DNA of 64,000 nucleotides from Orbicella franksi (taxonomy: Eukaryota): the NCBI GenBank assembly GCA_964199315.1, contig OZ116701.1, positions 2,914,001 to 2,978,000 on the forward strand, read 5' to 3'. Below, piece after piece: positions 23,541 through 37,200 of this stretch; positions within the stretch are counted from its first letter, which is position 1; every line of letters begins with the position of its first letter. Below the pieces are notes generated by a model. It saw nothing but the letters and a program-made list of their open reading frames with translations, ran no database searches and had not been told where the DNA came from. Made by a program: the position numbers and the translations under genes.

Positions 23541-25387
23541 GAGACTTCATGTGTAAGCAGTTAAGGTGTGGTGAATCAAAACTAGGTTGCCCACAGTTTG
23601 CTGAACAAACAGGCCTTGTTATAAGCAAAGTAGTAGTGAACACCTACTTGCTGTTTTTAAAAAAGACATTTGTTAATTAAATTTCATCTGTAATCCCAGT
23701 TAATGTTAGAGAAAAAATTGCAAGGAAAAAATGGATAACTATAGGAAAAGCTGGCCTGCTTACAGGCTATGGTTTCAGTCAGTCATTTACAGTTGATTCA
23801 TCACCCCTGGCCTTCAACCTACATTCAACAGTATCTCCACTTGGCCAAACTCAAATACCACACCTATTTCACACCTGATACATTACTTGCAAAAAATTTT
23901 GGACCATTGTAATTTCAGACAAAACGTCTCCAAAAATAAAAGTCTGAAATTTTTGAGTGTCCAAAATTTTAAGTGTCCAAACTATTTGCAATACAGTAAT
24001 AATACTTTGAAGAAGCTCCAGAGCTCTTAGTCTCCTTTATGCTGGGCTTTATGGAGCAAACTCTAGTTGAGACACTACTTGACATAGGTGTATGTAACAC
24101 CTTGATAGAATTTGCCTAATTTTCTCATTGGTGTATTTGTAAAACCTTGTAAAGCGCAGAAAAACTATCATCTTTTGATGTTGTTCCAGTCTAATTTGCT
24201 GTTTTTTGCCGTAAATTACTTAAGCTATGTTTCAGCAAAGTGTCCGAAATGAGATAAAAGTGTCTGAAAATTAATTGTCTGAAATAAAACGTCTGAAATT
24301 TTATGTAATAATGTATGTTTCTCTGTTTCATGTGAAAATCAAATGAATATCTTTTTGTCATCCAAGTGTCTGAGTTTACTACAACAATCAAATGAAAACT
24401 GAATATTTGCAAAGCAAGCAGAAATATATTGACATTCAAAAAGATTATGTCAAGGCATTGCATTCATGTCATTGGCCGAGGTTAAAATTCCCAGCAAGAT
24501 GCTCCTGGCTCTTTGCAAGTTTTCCGTTTTGACCTGTCACACCATCTTTTGGGGAAAAATTATTCCATGAGATGGCAAAAGAATACATGCAATGAAAACC
24601 AAAAAAAATTGTAATTTTATCATTGTAATTTATAAAGTCTCCTTTGCAGCCATTACTAGGGTCATCATGTAACACTTCTTCCCTCTAATGGCTGCTTAAA
24701 TATTATGTGCACCCTAAACCAAGGGAAAGGAATCTGGTTCAGGTTTAAGCAGTTGCTAGTGGGGAGAAACGTTGCGCGACGACCCTAATAACGGCTGCAA
24801 GGGAGACTGTAACAATATACAGTCTGTACATAAAGTGTGTTTCTGCACAACCTTGACTTTTAGAGCTATAAACTCACTTTATTATACTTTTGAACATATT
24901 CATATTGTCTACAAATCTATCTTCCTTTGTCCAGTTGCCTACTGAAACTGGTTAGTTAGTTACAATGCTGTATCACACTGTTAGTGACTGTGTCTGGCTG
25001 TAACATATTGGGCATATTTGTATTCATTTAGTCAACTCTGAACATTTATTTGCACAGATGGTACGCTAAGCATTGCCTGACACAATGAAATCCTAGCATT
25101 TAAACACACTTCAAAATCCTGTGACATTTTTTGTGTTGTAAGAAAAGCTGCACAGGTTTCATTTATGCAAAACATTATTCATATTATACACTGTAAACTT
25201 GTAAACCATTGCAAGCAAAAATGACACACAGTTGTCGTCATCATCATGATCAATGTCATTGCCAATTTCTTTGTCATTAGTAAAGAGCTCATCTATATTT
25301 TAATAATTTATACAATTGTCTCTAAATTGCAATCACATTTGTACCACAACCATTGCCATTTCTGTAACAGTACCAAGCTGTTGAGGC

Positions 25388-28300
25388 TTAGTTTCCATTT
25401 TGTGATCCCAAGAAGGAACTGGCAACTCCCTCATCAGTGTTTAAAGAATTCTCCTGATCTGGGGAATGAACAACTGTGTTCATAGCTTCATAGGGATTGG
25501 AGCGTCTTTCCAAAACATGAAGCCATCTATACATGAATAAAACGACATCAAGGTTACTCCCATAGTCAGTTATGAGCATGTTTGAGGTAACATTCATGTA
25601 GTGACAGTCATTTGATATCAAATGATACTGTCTAGTTGAAAAGGTTCAATTATATAATATGCCAAATTATTTTTGCACTTTGATTGGTTCTCACCTATGA
25701 TCTATAGAAGGACGGACATACAGATGACATCATTAACAGTTTTTGTTTCTTTAATATAGAGCAGATACTAGATTCCATGTTGCTGTACACTGTATGTCTG
25801 TTCAGTAACAGATCATAGAAGACGTCAAAATGTGGAAAGAACATCAGTGACACACTTGTCAAACGGCTTGTGTACCATTTTTTTTGTTCTTATCACATTT
25901 TGAAGTCATCTGTGATCTACAGGTATTACTGAAAAAATGCAAAGCAACATGGGATCTATTTGACTGTTAAACTGATACAGTATGTGACTAACTGGGGTAT
26001 TACGTATGTATGTACGTATTATGTGGACTTTGTGAATAAAGTAGTTCTGAGCACTACATGTAAACAACTGGGAACAAAAAGCTTATTACTAGGTCTCGCT
26101 TTTTTACACACATGAACAGGATGCGGATTCCACTCTTTGATCCAAATAATTGCTAACGTTTTCACTGTTGCAGAATGCATGCTTTGCTCTAACAAAAATA
26201 TATTCATCAGAAATCCACAGAAAAGAAAGCATGATCATGCTGATATTAATCAATACATTTTTTGTCAAAGAAAAAAAGGTACAGTTCTGTTACAATCTGT
26301 GATGTTCGTTCTTTTTGCCATGGATAAAATAGGTTCCAAATTGTAACTAGCAGCAAACTGCATTAAAATTACAAAAACATTCTAGGAAGTGCTCTGCCCC
26401 TTTTATGCCCTGAATGCAGATGACCATGGGTTGGAAGCTAGCTCCATATTCCTTAACTGCCTGCTTGGAAACTACTTGTTAGCTACAAGCCGTTATTACT
26501 CACAAAAGCAAGCAGATGGGAATAACAACCAGTCCTGACATCAAGAAGTATGAAAATCCTGGCAGCCATTCCACTGTGGCACTGTAAATATTATTAAAGA
26601 TGATGGAAGCTAGAAGTGTCTCCAACACTTCCAGGGATGCAACAAGAGCAAATGTTGTACCTACAAAAAGAAAGTAGCAACAGGGGTAAGTTAGAAAATT
26701 TTGCGGCCAACTGATGATAGTTTGCTCCAGGAGAGATTGACACCTTATTTGTTAAGGGGTGTACTGTGATGAAAAGTTCCAATTTTTGGCATTGCATCTG
26801 TGGATGTTTAGTTTGATATAGTGAACTCCACAATAGTCATGGTTGATGTTCTTAAAAGACTGATACAGTCACAGCACTACCTCAAAATCCCCATATTCCA
26901 TTCATAAACATTTGACAAAATCTGATGACATTTAATAATTATGCAATCTTTGTACAAGGAAATTTCACATACACCATTCCGGTCAATATTTTGACATAAT
27001 ATGACATGGTAATCTGTATGCAAAATAGAATCAGAAAAAGACATTATTACAATTTGGCTCAATATTTTGTCAATATGACAATCTCACTGTAAATTATCTG
27101 CATACAATATTGTATCAGACAGGAAGATTATACATAAAAACCATTTGGTCAATATTTTCTCAATAATTTTCTACAGGAAAGAAAAAAAAATCTTTTTTCA
27201 GAAGAAATTATAGAGGCTATTACCTAGTTCAGAAGATTCCACTTGCTTTGAAATAATCGATCTTAGGCAAGGTGGAGGGATTCCAGTACCAACTGCGATT
27301 AATCCTCCTGAAAAGAAAACAGCAGTGAAGATGTTCTCTCATTTCAAGAAATCAAAAAACCCTTTGTGTTATTCTCATGTAATGAACACTCATCCTTTCT
27401 GCCATGGTCCCCTGACTCTTGGGAGAGTTCATGGTTCAGTGCATGTCTGTATTATTTATTTGGCTGTGCATGCTTTTTGGCACAGGCCCAGTTTTTCATT
27501 GTTTAGGAACCAATCGTAAGCAAGTTACCTACTTCCCATCCAAATACTGGTGGCTGTAAAATCATCAACTGTAGAATAAACTGTATGGGTCAACTCTAAA
27601 TTCAGCGGTCGAAAGCGTTGATAAAATCCACTAAATTCTTCTGAGAATTTTGGTCATCAGTCATGCCACGACTTAACTATAGCATTTGATTACTTTAAAG
27701 CGATAACACTGATAAGAAGTCAACAAAAGTATTTTGATTTTGAGACATGCGCCGAACCGTGAAACCCTCCCTTTAAGAGCTAGAAGCAAGGTTTATTAAA
27801 TTCTTCCAAGATGAGCCTCTAATCATAGGCGGACTAACCTTACCAGAAAAAAATTTAGTGTTGTATTATGTTTTGTTGTTTTTTGGCTGATCTTGAGAAA
27901 TTATGGTCATTTTGGGTCCAATAAGAGTTCTCACAGTTCTCTGCATCCTAGTTGTTTTTAAAAATGTCTGTCTTATCTGGAATAATTAATTTAACTCTCT
28001 TGAACTCTCTTGTCAACAGCAGTTCTGAAGATCAACACTCAACCATATTTACTGCAGTGAATGCATGGTTGCATTTGTTATGTCTTGGTGAAAGGCAAAG
28101 TATTGCTATCTTTCCTGGTTAGCTGGGTGTTTACCATATCAAGGGTTTCAACCTGAAAAGTATTTTCATTTTTGCAATGTACTGAGAAGGAGAAAAAAAA
28201 AAGAATAAGATGAAAATACAGTCCAACAGCTTTTAACTAAACATGGCAGGATTTTCAATACCATATGAAAGTATTTACTTGGGTTTCTACTACATAAAAA

Positions 28301-29892
28301 TCTTAAACGCTACTGATACTTACCTACAAACATCATCCATTTGTTTGATGCAAGTCCAAGAAAAATATACAAGCAAATGGATGTGAAAGCGCCTGTAATA
28401 GCGATGGTGAGATCTGACCAATTGAGAATCTTATTCATTAGTGGTATCCCCAAAACGACCCCAATACCTTTAAGAAACAGAACCTCCGCAAAGAAGTAAC
28501 CAATCTGTGAAGGACTGAAGTTGCGTGGACTGTGCTTGCTGTAGATAGCTGTAATATCATTGAAACCACCAAAAACTGAAAGCAAAGTGATAGTAAAAAG
28601 ACATAATTAACAGTAAAAATAAAATGGTAATCATTTTCGGGAAATATGATCCATATCCACCTCCAAAGAAGAATTAAACATGATTATTTGCCTTTATTTG
28701 CTATTATGTTTTTTTTCCCCAGACACCCGTCCCTAAATGCTTTGGTAAGGTAACAGGTAAAGTCTACATAGAGCCATGTGGCCCATCAAGCAGGCGCAAA
28801 TATCTCCGGTTTCTGTAGCATGAAGTGACTAGGAGTATTTCTACTTCCCCCTGGATGGGATGCTAGTCCATCACAGGGTTACCCCCAGCATTAAATTCTC
28901 TAGTACTCACTTATACACCTGGGTGGAGAGAGGCACTGTAAAATTAAAGCGTCTTGCCCAAGAACACAACACAATGACCCCGACCAGGACTCAAACCTGG
29001 ACTGCTAAATCCGGAGTCGAGCACATTAACCATGAGGCCACCACGCCTTCCAACGCCTTGATACATTATCTTTACCATAAAAAAGGTACTCACTTATTAG
29101 AATAAAAGGTAGCGCACCAAATGTGATCACCAATAAATTCAGTCTCTGATGTCGGGGTCGTTGCTTGGATAAAACTCGGAAGCAAGCCTTGAGGTGATTG
29201 TGCACAGCAACTAACGCCCAGTTTCCTTCCTGATCTCCTTCCGGGAAGTAAGACTCTGGAAGAATTAAACTAACGTAGAGTATAACGATAACATTCAAGC
29301 CTAAACACAAACCGAATGCCGCCATAAAGCCCTGATGTTCCACTAGCACGCCACCGATTAGGTTACCAACAGTGCCTCCTAAAAATATCATGGACTCCAG
29401 AATGGCTACTCTCAGAGTTCGCTGAGATTTATCAGTGATATCAGAAATGTAAGAAAAAACACCAAGAAGTGTTGTGGCAAATCCACCAAAGAAACCCGAG
29501 ATGCAGACTCCGATAAGGATGAAATTCACGTCAAGTGAAAAATACCCCACATTCAGCATGTAATTGATGTAAAGTAGAACGCTTCCAATGGAAGGCAGAA
29601 TTAGCACTGTTTTGCGGCCGACTTTATCTGACCAGGAACCCAAGATCAAGGAGGCAGCAATAGAAGGTACCATCAGAGAAACAGATTGATACAAAATCCA
29701 TTTCGACGTTTTTTCGTGTACAAAATCTTCTTGTGACTTGGTCAGGTTTTTGCATGTTTCGGCGCCATACTTATCGTAACAGATCTTTTTAAATGCTAGC
29801 TGCTGTATCAGTGGAAATGACATGAAAGTGCATAGCATGTAAAAGAAAAGAACGGGCTCCACAGTGATTTTTCGAAAGTCGATGATCGCCAT
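25388..29892 (-). CDS. SLC46/proton-coupled folate transporter-like MFS transporter, paralog 1 (476 aa)
   Basis: Exons 29094-29892, 28324-28575, 27224-27307, 26504-26660 and 25388-25526 (1431 nt, phases consistent). Motifs ITVEPVLF, GSWSDKVGRK, SYISDIT, RVAILES, SIISKQV and GTTFA are typical of SLC46. Confidence 0.93.
28755..29049 (-). mobile_element. tRNA-derived SINE, same family
   Basis: Colinear with 13905-14198 (gtggcccatca...ggtttctgtagcatgaag...ttacccccagcattaaattc...cttgcccaagaacacaacacaatg). Confidence 0.85.
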
Positions 29893-29973
29893 GTTTGTTC
29901 CTTGACCTGGGTATAAAACGAATCCCTTACATGAATGGCAGATTGGTGTTGTCCGCTACCGCTGGAGGAAGCC

Positions 29974-30855
29974 GGGGGGGGGATAGGGGGTAGGGATAGG
30001 GGGTAGGGGAGTAAATGGGGAAAATGGAGGAATGGCGAAATGGCGAAATGGGGAAATGGCGAAATGGGGAAATGGGAGAATGGGAGAATGGGAGAATGGG
30101 AGAATGGGAGACTGGGAAACGAGGAATGGGAATGAGGAATGGGGAATGGGAAATGGGAAATAGGGAATGGGATATGGGATATGGAAAATGAGAAATGGAG
30201 AATGGGGAATGGGAAATGGGGAATGGGGAATGGGGAATGGGAAATGGGAAATGGGGAATGGGATATGGGATATGGGATATGGGGAATGGGGAATGGAAAA
30301 TGAGAGACGGGAAACAGGAAACGGGAAACGGGGTTTGCGGAGTGGGGAACGGGGAATGGGGAATGGTGAATGGGGAATTGAAAATGGAAAATGAAAATAA
30401 GGAATGAGGAATGGGGAATGGAGAATGGGGAATGGGAAATGGAGAATGGGGAATAAGGAATGAGGAATGAAAAATGGAAAATAAGGAGTGGGAAATGAGA
30501 ATAGGGAATGGGGGAATTGGAAATGGAGAATATGGAATAAGGAATGGAAAATATGGAATAAGGAATGGAAAACGAAAAATAAGGCCTGGGGAATGGGTAA
30601 TGAGGAATGGGGAATGGGGAAATAGGGAAATGGGAAAATGGGGAAATGGAAAATGAGGGAATGTGAAATGAGGAAAGGGGAATGGGGAATTAGAAATAGA
30701 AAATGAGGAATGAGGAATGAGGAATGAGGAATGAGGAATGAGGAATGAGGAATGAGGAATGAGGAATGGGGAATAAGGGATGAGGAATCGAAAATAGAAC
30801 ATAAGGAATGGGGAATAGGAAATGAGAAATGTGGAATGGGAAAATGGGGAATGGA
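29974..30855 (+). repeat. ~880-bp purine-rich satellite of GGAAT/GGGAAT/GAGGAAT/GGAAAT units with a 5' G-run cluster
   Basis: Direct reading; perfect (GAGGAAT)n block near 30704-30765; almost no C on the + strand. Confidence 0.95.
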
Positions 30856-31199
30856 AGTTATCCGAAGGTGTGCATATAAAGTTTTTTAACTGCAAAGCTG
30901 TGAACGAAGATCCTGTTTGATTGAACATTGGATCTTACAGGAGATCTAATCAGCCAAACTTGAAAAGTAAAATGATGAGAAGTCAAGGACTACTGCAAGG
31001 CCGACACATCATGGTATATTTAAAACAATATTTCAGCTGGCCAGACCAGGCTTCTTAGGGTTTAGGTGTTACTAAATTATAAAAATGAAATTACAATATT
31101 ATCTAGTGGTGGATGTCATAGCACATAAAAAGGATTGGCGGAAATAAGGAACACTGACAAACTAAATAAAGTAAGGATAACACGAGTCTATGTAGGTTA

Positions 31200-31650
31200 C
31201 AAGTTTTACTATTCATCATATCTATTCATACTGTGGGGTTCTAATGTCCCCGCTAAATCTATAAAAAGGACCCTCTGGCTTTTCTGATTGAACTACGTGA
31301 GGAGTGGATAAGTTCAAGTGGGATAAGTTGCTTGTCAGTGTAGCAATAATCAGGATGAGAAAGAAAATGTTCGGCAACAGTGGTGGATCTGGATTTAATG
31401 TTAGTTTTATCAACAGGGCATCTATGTTCGTTGAATCTGTCTTTGAGAGGTCGCTTGGTTTCTCCAATGTATTGTAAATGGCAGTGGTTACACTGTATCA
31501 TGTACATTAAATTTTTGGTGTTACAGGTTATGTGTGAAGTGATGTGATGGGTAGCAGCTGTGGAGAAGAAAGTATAGTGTGTATGGCCATTAGTAATGTA
31601 AGGACAAGTAGCGCAATCTTGTTCAGTCATAGACACGCACTTTATTAAGA
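31200..31650 (-). mobile_element. Penelope-like retroelement fragment (GIY-YIG endonuclease C-terminus), degenerate
   Basis: CATCPYI...ITCNTKNLMYMIQCNHCHLQYIGETKRPLKDRFNEHR...VAEHF...RKAR.SFL, then a frameshift to DLAGTLEPHSMNRYDE*; typical PLE GIY-YIG ending. Confidence 0.85.
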
Positions 31651-33134
31651 CACGGTAAAAACATCAGTTACAAGATTGAGATTTAAAAAAAGGATTTACA
31701 TGTTTGCTGTGTGGGAGTGTGGGGAGGACAGTTGGTGATTAATCTCATTTCTTAAGTTAATAAAAGATCTAATGGCTCTGATGGAATGAGCCCAGTGGTA
31801 AACTAGTTTTGTTAGGAGTCGTGATAGTGCATAGGTACAAACCTTTGCTTTTTTATATAAATATTTTAAGAACTATTATTTACCACTAATTTTTTTATAA
31901 GTCAACCAGCTAGCCAATAAATACATGGCCCAGAGATATGTTATTGAACTAGAAATATTGTTCAAGTTTCTATTTGTGCAGCAACACTTGTCAACAGCGC
32001 ATAGAAACAAGACAACGAATACACTTTGTTTGAGTTCTTGGATTTCAAATTACTTACATGTACATCAGTAAGACTTGAATCAGGCAAAGGCCTTTGCATT
32101 CAGACGTAAGCTCGAAGAGCTCTTTGATTTTTGCAGTTTTATGGACCGAGTTGCAGTTGAGGTCCATAAACAAAACATTCATGTCCTTATATATCCCTAC
32201 AGCTTGAAAAAAGGTACTGTTTTTTGGGTGGCATCTTCGGTCATCCTCCGGGGTGTGTGGTGAAATTGTGAAATGATGAAATGGCACTATATATGGGTAA
32301 GAGTTAACTTGGGATATGGGTATCTGTAAGGGTTAACCCCCCTGAGGGTGGCCACTGCAGGAAGGTTTCAATAAAAGAAAAAAAAAATCATAAAAAATAA
32401 TCATAATTTATTCCACTTTATTGCAGGCCGTATACAGAATTAACTAATGCCTGAGGTAGTTACAATAAAAATAGTGCAAGCCCAATATGGATTGGTGCAC
32501 AGTTTGGGCAAAACCTCCCACCCCTCCTGCATATCATGTGTTCATACATTTCTGGGTGCACAACAATTGAGGCAAGAGCAAAATTATAACTTGCCCCAAC
32601 TTTTGTGTGACCAAAAATGGGAAAAAACCCCCTAGCTTATCTTTATTTATCATCTGACACACCGTCTGTGGTCTGTGCAGTACTCCATTGAACCTTGCAA
32701 ATCACACTAACAATGTTTGCCATAAAAATTATCTAAATATTTACATAGAATAATCTTATAACATTTCAGGTCATATAAAAATTGTTATACAATTTTAGGT
32801 CATTTGCACAAAATTATTGAAATATAATTAAATAATCATATAATTGGAAATGTATTTTACATGCCATTTTCTCTTCAAATTCTTCACTTTCCGTTTTATT
32901 AAGTCTGTTTTGACTCATTGTTAAGTATGTCTCCAGAAATGAGTTTTTTGTAATTTAATTTTCACATTTTTAACGTAGTTTTGTAAACATTATTAGGTTA
33001 TTTTTTTAATTTATAATTTTATTATGAAGTTCTGAGAGAAACAAGGTATGTTGGGTAAAAAAATAATAGTAAAAATTCAGATTATAAAGCCTCTTTACTA
33101 TAAGCCCATAAGCTTACATATATATATTTTTCAT

Positions 33135-33332
33135 ATTGTGTGGTTCCAGAAAATATCCATACTCCCCCCACAGAAGGAATTGGAATTTCCTGGGGGGGGG
33201 GGGGGGGCTCTATGAGACCAAAAAATTTAAAGAAATGTATGAAGCTTAACTGGAATTTCCAGTAGGGGTGGGGAGGTGTTAGAAAAAATCCCTTCTGTAG
33301 CAGATGTATGGATATTTTCTGGAACTACACAT
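33135..33332. mobile_element. MITE with ~28-bp TIRs
   Basis: ATTGTGTGGTTCCAGAAAATATCCATAC ... GTATGGATATTTTCTGGAACTACACAT with a central poly-G. Confidence 0.8.
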
Positions 33333-34128
33333 ATAACCCCCCTACACATTTTAGAGTACAGTACTACACATTCAACTTCTTGTAATATATTTTTTAATAA
33401 CTCCCCCACTCCCCTACTGCAGAACTTGCTTTGTATTATTTTCTTGTTTTTAGAGTACAGTACAGCCTTGTCTAATTTCAGTCAGTTTTATCCAACTTTC
33501 TCCAGTCTCAATTTTCTGATTTTTTTCAATGGGTTAAATAGGTATTGTGTTGATCCAGTCTTCAGCTGCACAGGCAGCACAAAAAATTGACGAAATTTAT
33601 CATTTGTTACCTTGTCTATAACTTAGCATAATTAATGAGAAGAATGTGACTCACAGAACACTGCTTACTTCAGAGAGCCACATTCCACTCCATAAATCAT
33701 AATTACCCTCATTTCTTATATTTTTTATGAGTCTGGACTGCTAGAGGAGTCAGTAAAGAACATCATAACATGGCTAGTCAATCTGTACATAGTACTTTTA
33801 CTAACAGGTCATAAATATTCTGATCAGTGCCGTAGCAGTATGAGGTGAACTGAGGCTCTTGCATCAGGCCTTTTTTTTGTTTTTGTTGTTGATTTTGTTT
33901 GTTTTTTGAAGAGGGACAGTAACATACTGCTAGCAAATAAAAAAGAGAATTTAACTGTGGTAATGGCCTCAGTCATAATATTTTTTCTGAATACAGCCCT
34001 GTTGATTATTGAATTAATGTTGCGTCAGTGAAACAATCTAATGCTGTTGTGGCTTAGTTTCTGCATCAGGACCCTGATGCTGCCTTGGCAAGTTCCTTGT
34101 TGCTATTTGCAGAACTTTCCAGATCTGG

Positions 34129-34216
34129 TTATTGAACACTTGTGTCCATTGTCACGTAAGGATTGCTGCGTTGCTCTAACATATACAACCATCTACATGA
34201 AAAAAAAAAAAAAACC

Positions 34217-34251
<35 letters not shown>

Positions 34252-37200
34252 ATCAAACAAACATTGGGGGGAAAGGTCACTAAGGTCATAATACCTATAA
34301 GACCTGTAAGATATGCACTTTAGTGATTGTAACAAGAGTGTCTGTCTCTAGCTGTCCTGGGTAAACAAATGTGTCTCTTCATGGTCTCAATATTTCCACA
34401 TACCTAGCGCTGTCTGTGTTAATACATAGGGATGTCTGAGTTAATACCTAGGGATGTCTATGATAATACCTAGGGATGTCTGTGATAATACCTAGGGATG
34501 TCTGTGATAATACCTAGGGATGTCTGTGATAATATCTAGGGATGTCCGTGCTAATACCTAGGGATGTCTGTGATAATACCTAGGGATGTCTGTGATAATA
34601 CCTAGGGATGTCTGTGATAATATCTAGGGATGTCTGTGCTAATACCTAGGGATGTCTGTGATAATATCTAGGGATGTCTGTGATAATACCTAGGGATGTC
34701 TATGATAATACCTAGAGATGTCTATGATAATACCTAGGGATGTCTGTGTTAATACGCAGGAATGTCTGTGTCAATACCTAGGGATGTCTGTGATAATACC
34801 TAGGAATGACTGTGATTGATTGATCTTTATTTGCCCCATAAATTCATCAATTTACAGCGATGTAATTACAAATCATATATATTTCATAGAGTACGAGTTC
34901 CCAACAAACCCTGTTGGGCTTACAAGGAGAGTCCCTATTAATACCTAGGGATGTCTGTGAAGACATCTGTGGAGCTTCAAAAAGCATTTGTTTACTCATA
35001 CTCATGCTAGCTTGTGATTGGGTTGGGGCAATCTGGGTACACCACACAACAATACACATGTTGAATATTAGACATATTTACTCACGTAAGCAAGAAGATA
35101 GCAATAACATTTAGCCCTGACATTAAAAAGTAACAAAATCCTGGAAGCCATTCCACCGTGGCACTGTAGATATTGTTAAAGATGATGGAAGCTAAAAGTG
35201 TGTCCAGCACTTCCAAGGATGCAACAAGAGCAAATGTCGTACCTGCAGAAACAAAACTAATTTTAAAAACTGAAGACTAAACCCATCTGAGTTGCTTCAT
35301 CTAAGGAAGGCTGTCAGTAACAAACCAACTCATTGGAAATCAGTTCGCATACCATAAGCTGAACTGGGAGGGAAGAGAGTGTAGAGAAATCATCTCCATT
35401 TTCCAAACTGCCAATGAACATTTATTACAAAAGCTCGATGTGCAAACTTCTGCTTTCCAGTTCACAAAGGAAGAAGTGCTCGTCCTCATAGCTCAGTCTG
35501 GCTGACAGGGCACGATTCCATCACAATCTTACAAAAACATACAGTGTAGAATAACTGTCCTACAAAAAGTCAACAAAACTTTACATGCCTCCTTTGTAAA
35601 AGAGTCATTGATCAAGGATTTGAGTTAGCCTGAGTGGGGCATCAGTTTTTCTGCTCCAGCTCATTATGTGGTTCCCACTTGCCACTAGCTTGCACATGGA
35701 AGGTTAAGGAACAATATTATTTATGATAGAGGATTCTGACAAGATAGTTGGTAAAGAAGTGGCTCTTATCAATCAGGGGACAGGGTTCTGTAAGTCGACT
35801 ATGAAAAAACTAGCAACCAAAAGTATGGTTGGTAATAAACTCTGCCCCACAAGAAGCTGTCCCTCTGAAGTACTGTCAGGGAAACTGAACCCTCAGAGCA
35901 GTTTTCAATTGAGTACCATAACAACAAAGCCAAACCAATTATTTACCAATTGGACTTCTCAGCCAATCTCAAACTAAAACCAAAGTAATTGCCTAATCAC
36001 TTGTGACACTCGATTGCCAAAAACTGCTTTATAACAGATGTGCAAAGTTAAGTTTCTAATTGTCAGAGCAAAGTCACTTTGCTCCGACAAAGTCCCAGGG
36101 TGTAATAACGACTGATGATGATAACAGTGGCTCCTTTAAAGGAAGAGGGGAATGAATGTGATTTGGTATTCTCTGAGTTACAATGTAGAGGTTAAAAGTA
36201 AAGTCTGTGTTGGGCCAAGTGGTTCATACTGCCCAAACTTACACTGGTTCCCATAGCATTGAGTAATTAGGTGTATTTCTACTTCCCCTGGATGGAATGC
36301 TAGTCCCATAATAATTTTATTACTTTTAAGTAAAATTTTATAGCATAACACAAATCATAAATATCAAGTGGCTGACTTACCTAGCTCAGAGGATTCCACT
36401 TGTTTTGAAATGATTGATCTCAGGCAAGGTGGCGGGATTCCAGCACCTACAGCAATCAGTCCACCTACAAAGAGCAAACAGCATTACAGTAAAGGCATTT
36501 TCAATCATTGTTGTGGTGTCTGAGAACAATTTCTAACTTTTTATCTTTTCACCATCATCTAACTGTACACAACCTGATAAAAACCTCCATTTTAACTTTA
36601 ACTTGATAATGAGCTTGGAGAACACTGTTTTTTATATTTGTCGAAATGTTATCAGCATAATAAGGTATTTAAGACCTTTAAATTTCTTTTTTTTCAGGGC
36701 CAGCTTATTGTTTTGCAAATTTGAAATTGCTCTGAACCTCCACTAGAGATGTTTTTTAAACTTGTTTCTCAATAGTTATGCTTAGCTACAACTTGGCTAC
36801 AACTTGGCTATCACTGCTGACCTCTGTTTGAGAGGCAAAACATGCTGTAAGCCATAAATGGGAAAAATTTGGCTTTGTGAAACAAAGCTGCTTTAATTTC
36901 AAGTTAATGAAGATAAACTTACAAAGACAAATCTGCCTTGCAAAGGCGAGGGCAGAAAAATCGCCCAAAAGAAAAGTTGCTTAAATTAGGATAATGATAA
37001 AGTCAGATTTAACATGAAAAATATGGCAAACAAGCTGTTGCCCAATTTATGAAAACAATACTGAAACCTGAGGCAATAAGACATTTAACTATGGAGGTGA
37101 ATTGGGGTGGAGGATGGAAAAATTTGTAACCAGCAAAGGTGCAACTTAAAAGCAAACTGTTTCCAAAACCATTGGTTTTACAACATCACATACGCCATGT

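Noticed and set aside
29927-30928. 333-aa Phe/Pro/His/Ser ORF and the overlapping Gly/Asn/Trp ORFs
   Set aside because: These are translations of the GGAAT satellite, which has no stops in those frames; no domain features.
34400-34815. CRISPR-like regular array
   Set aside because: Units are directly tandem with no unique spacers, there are no cas genes, and the context is a eukaryotic intron.
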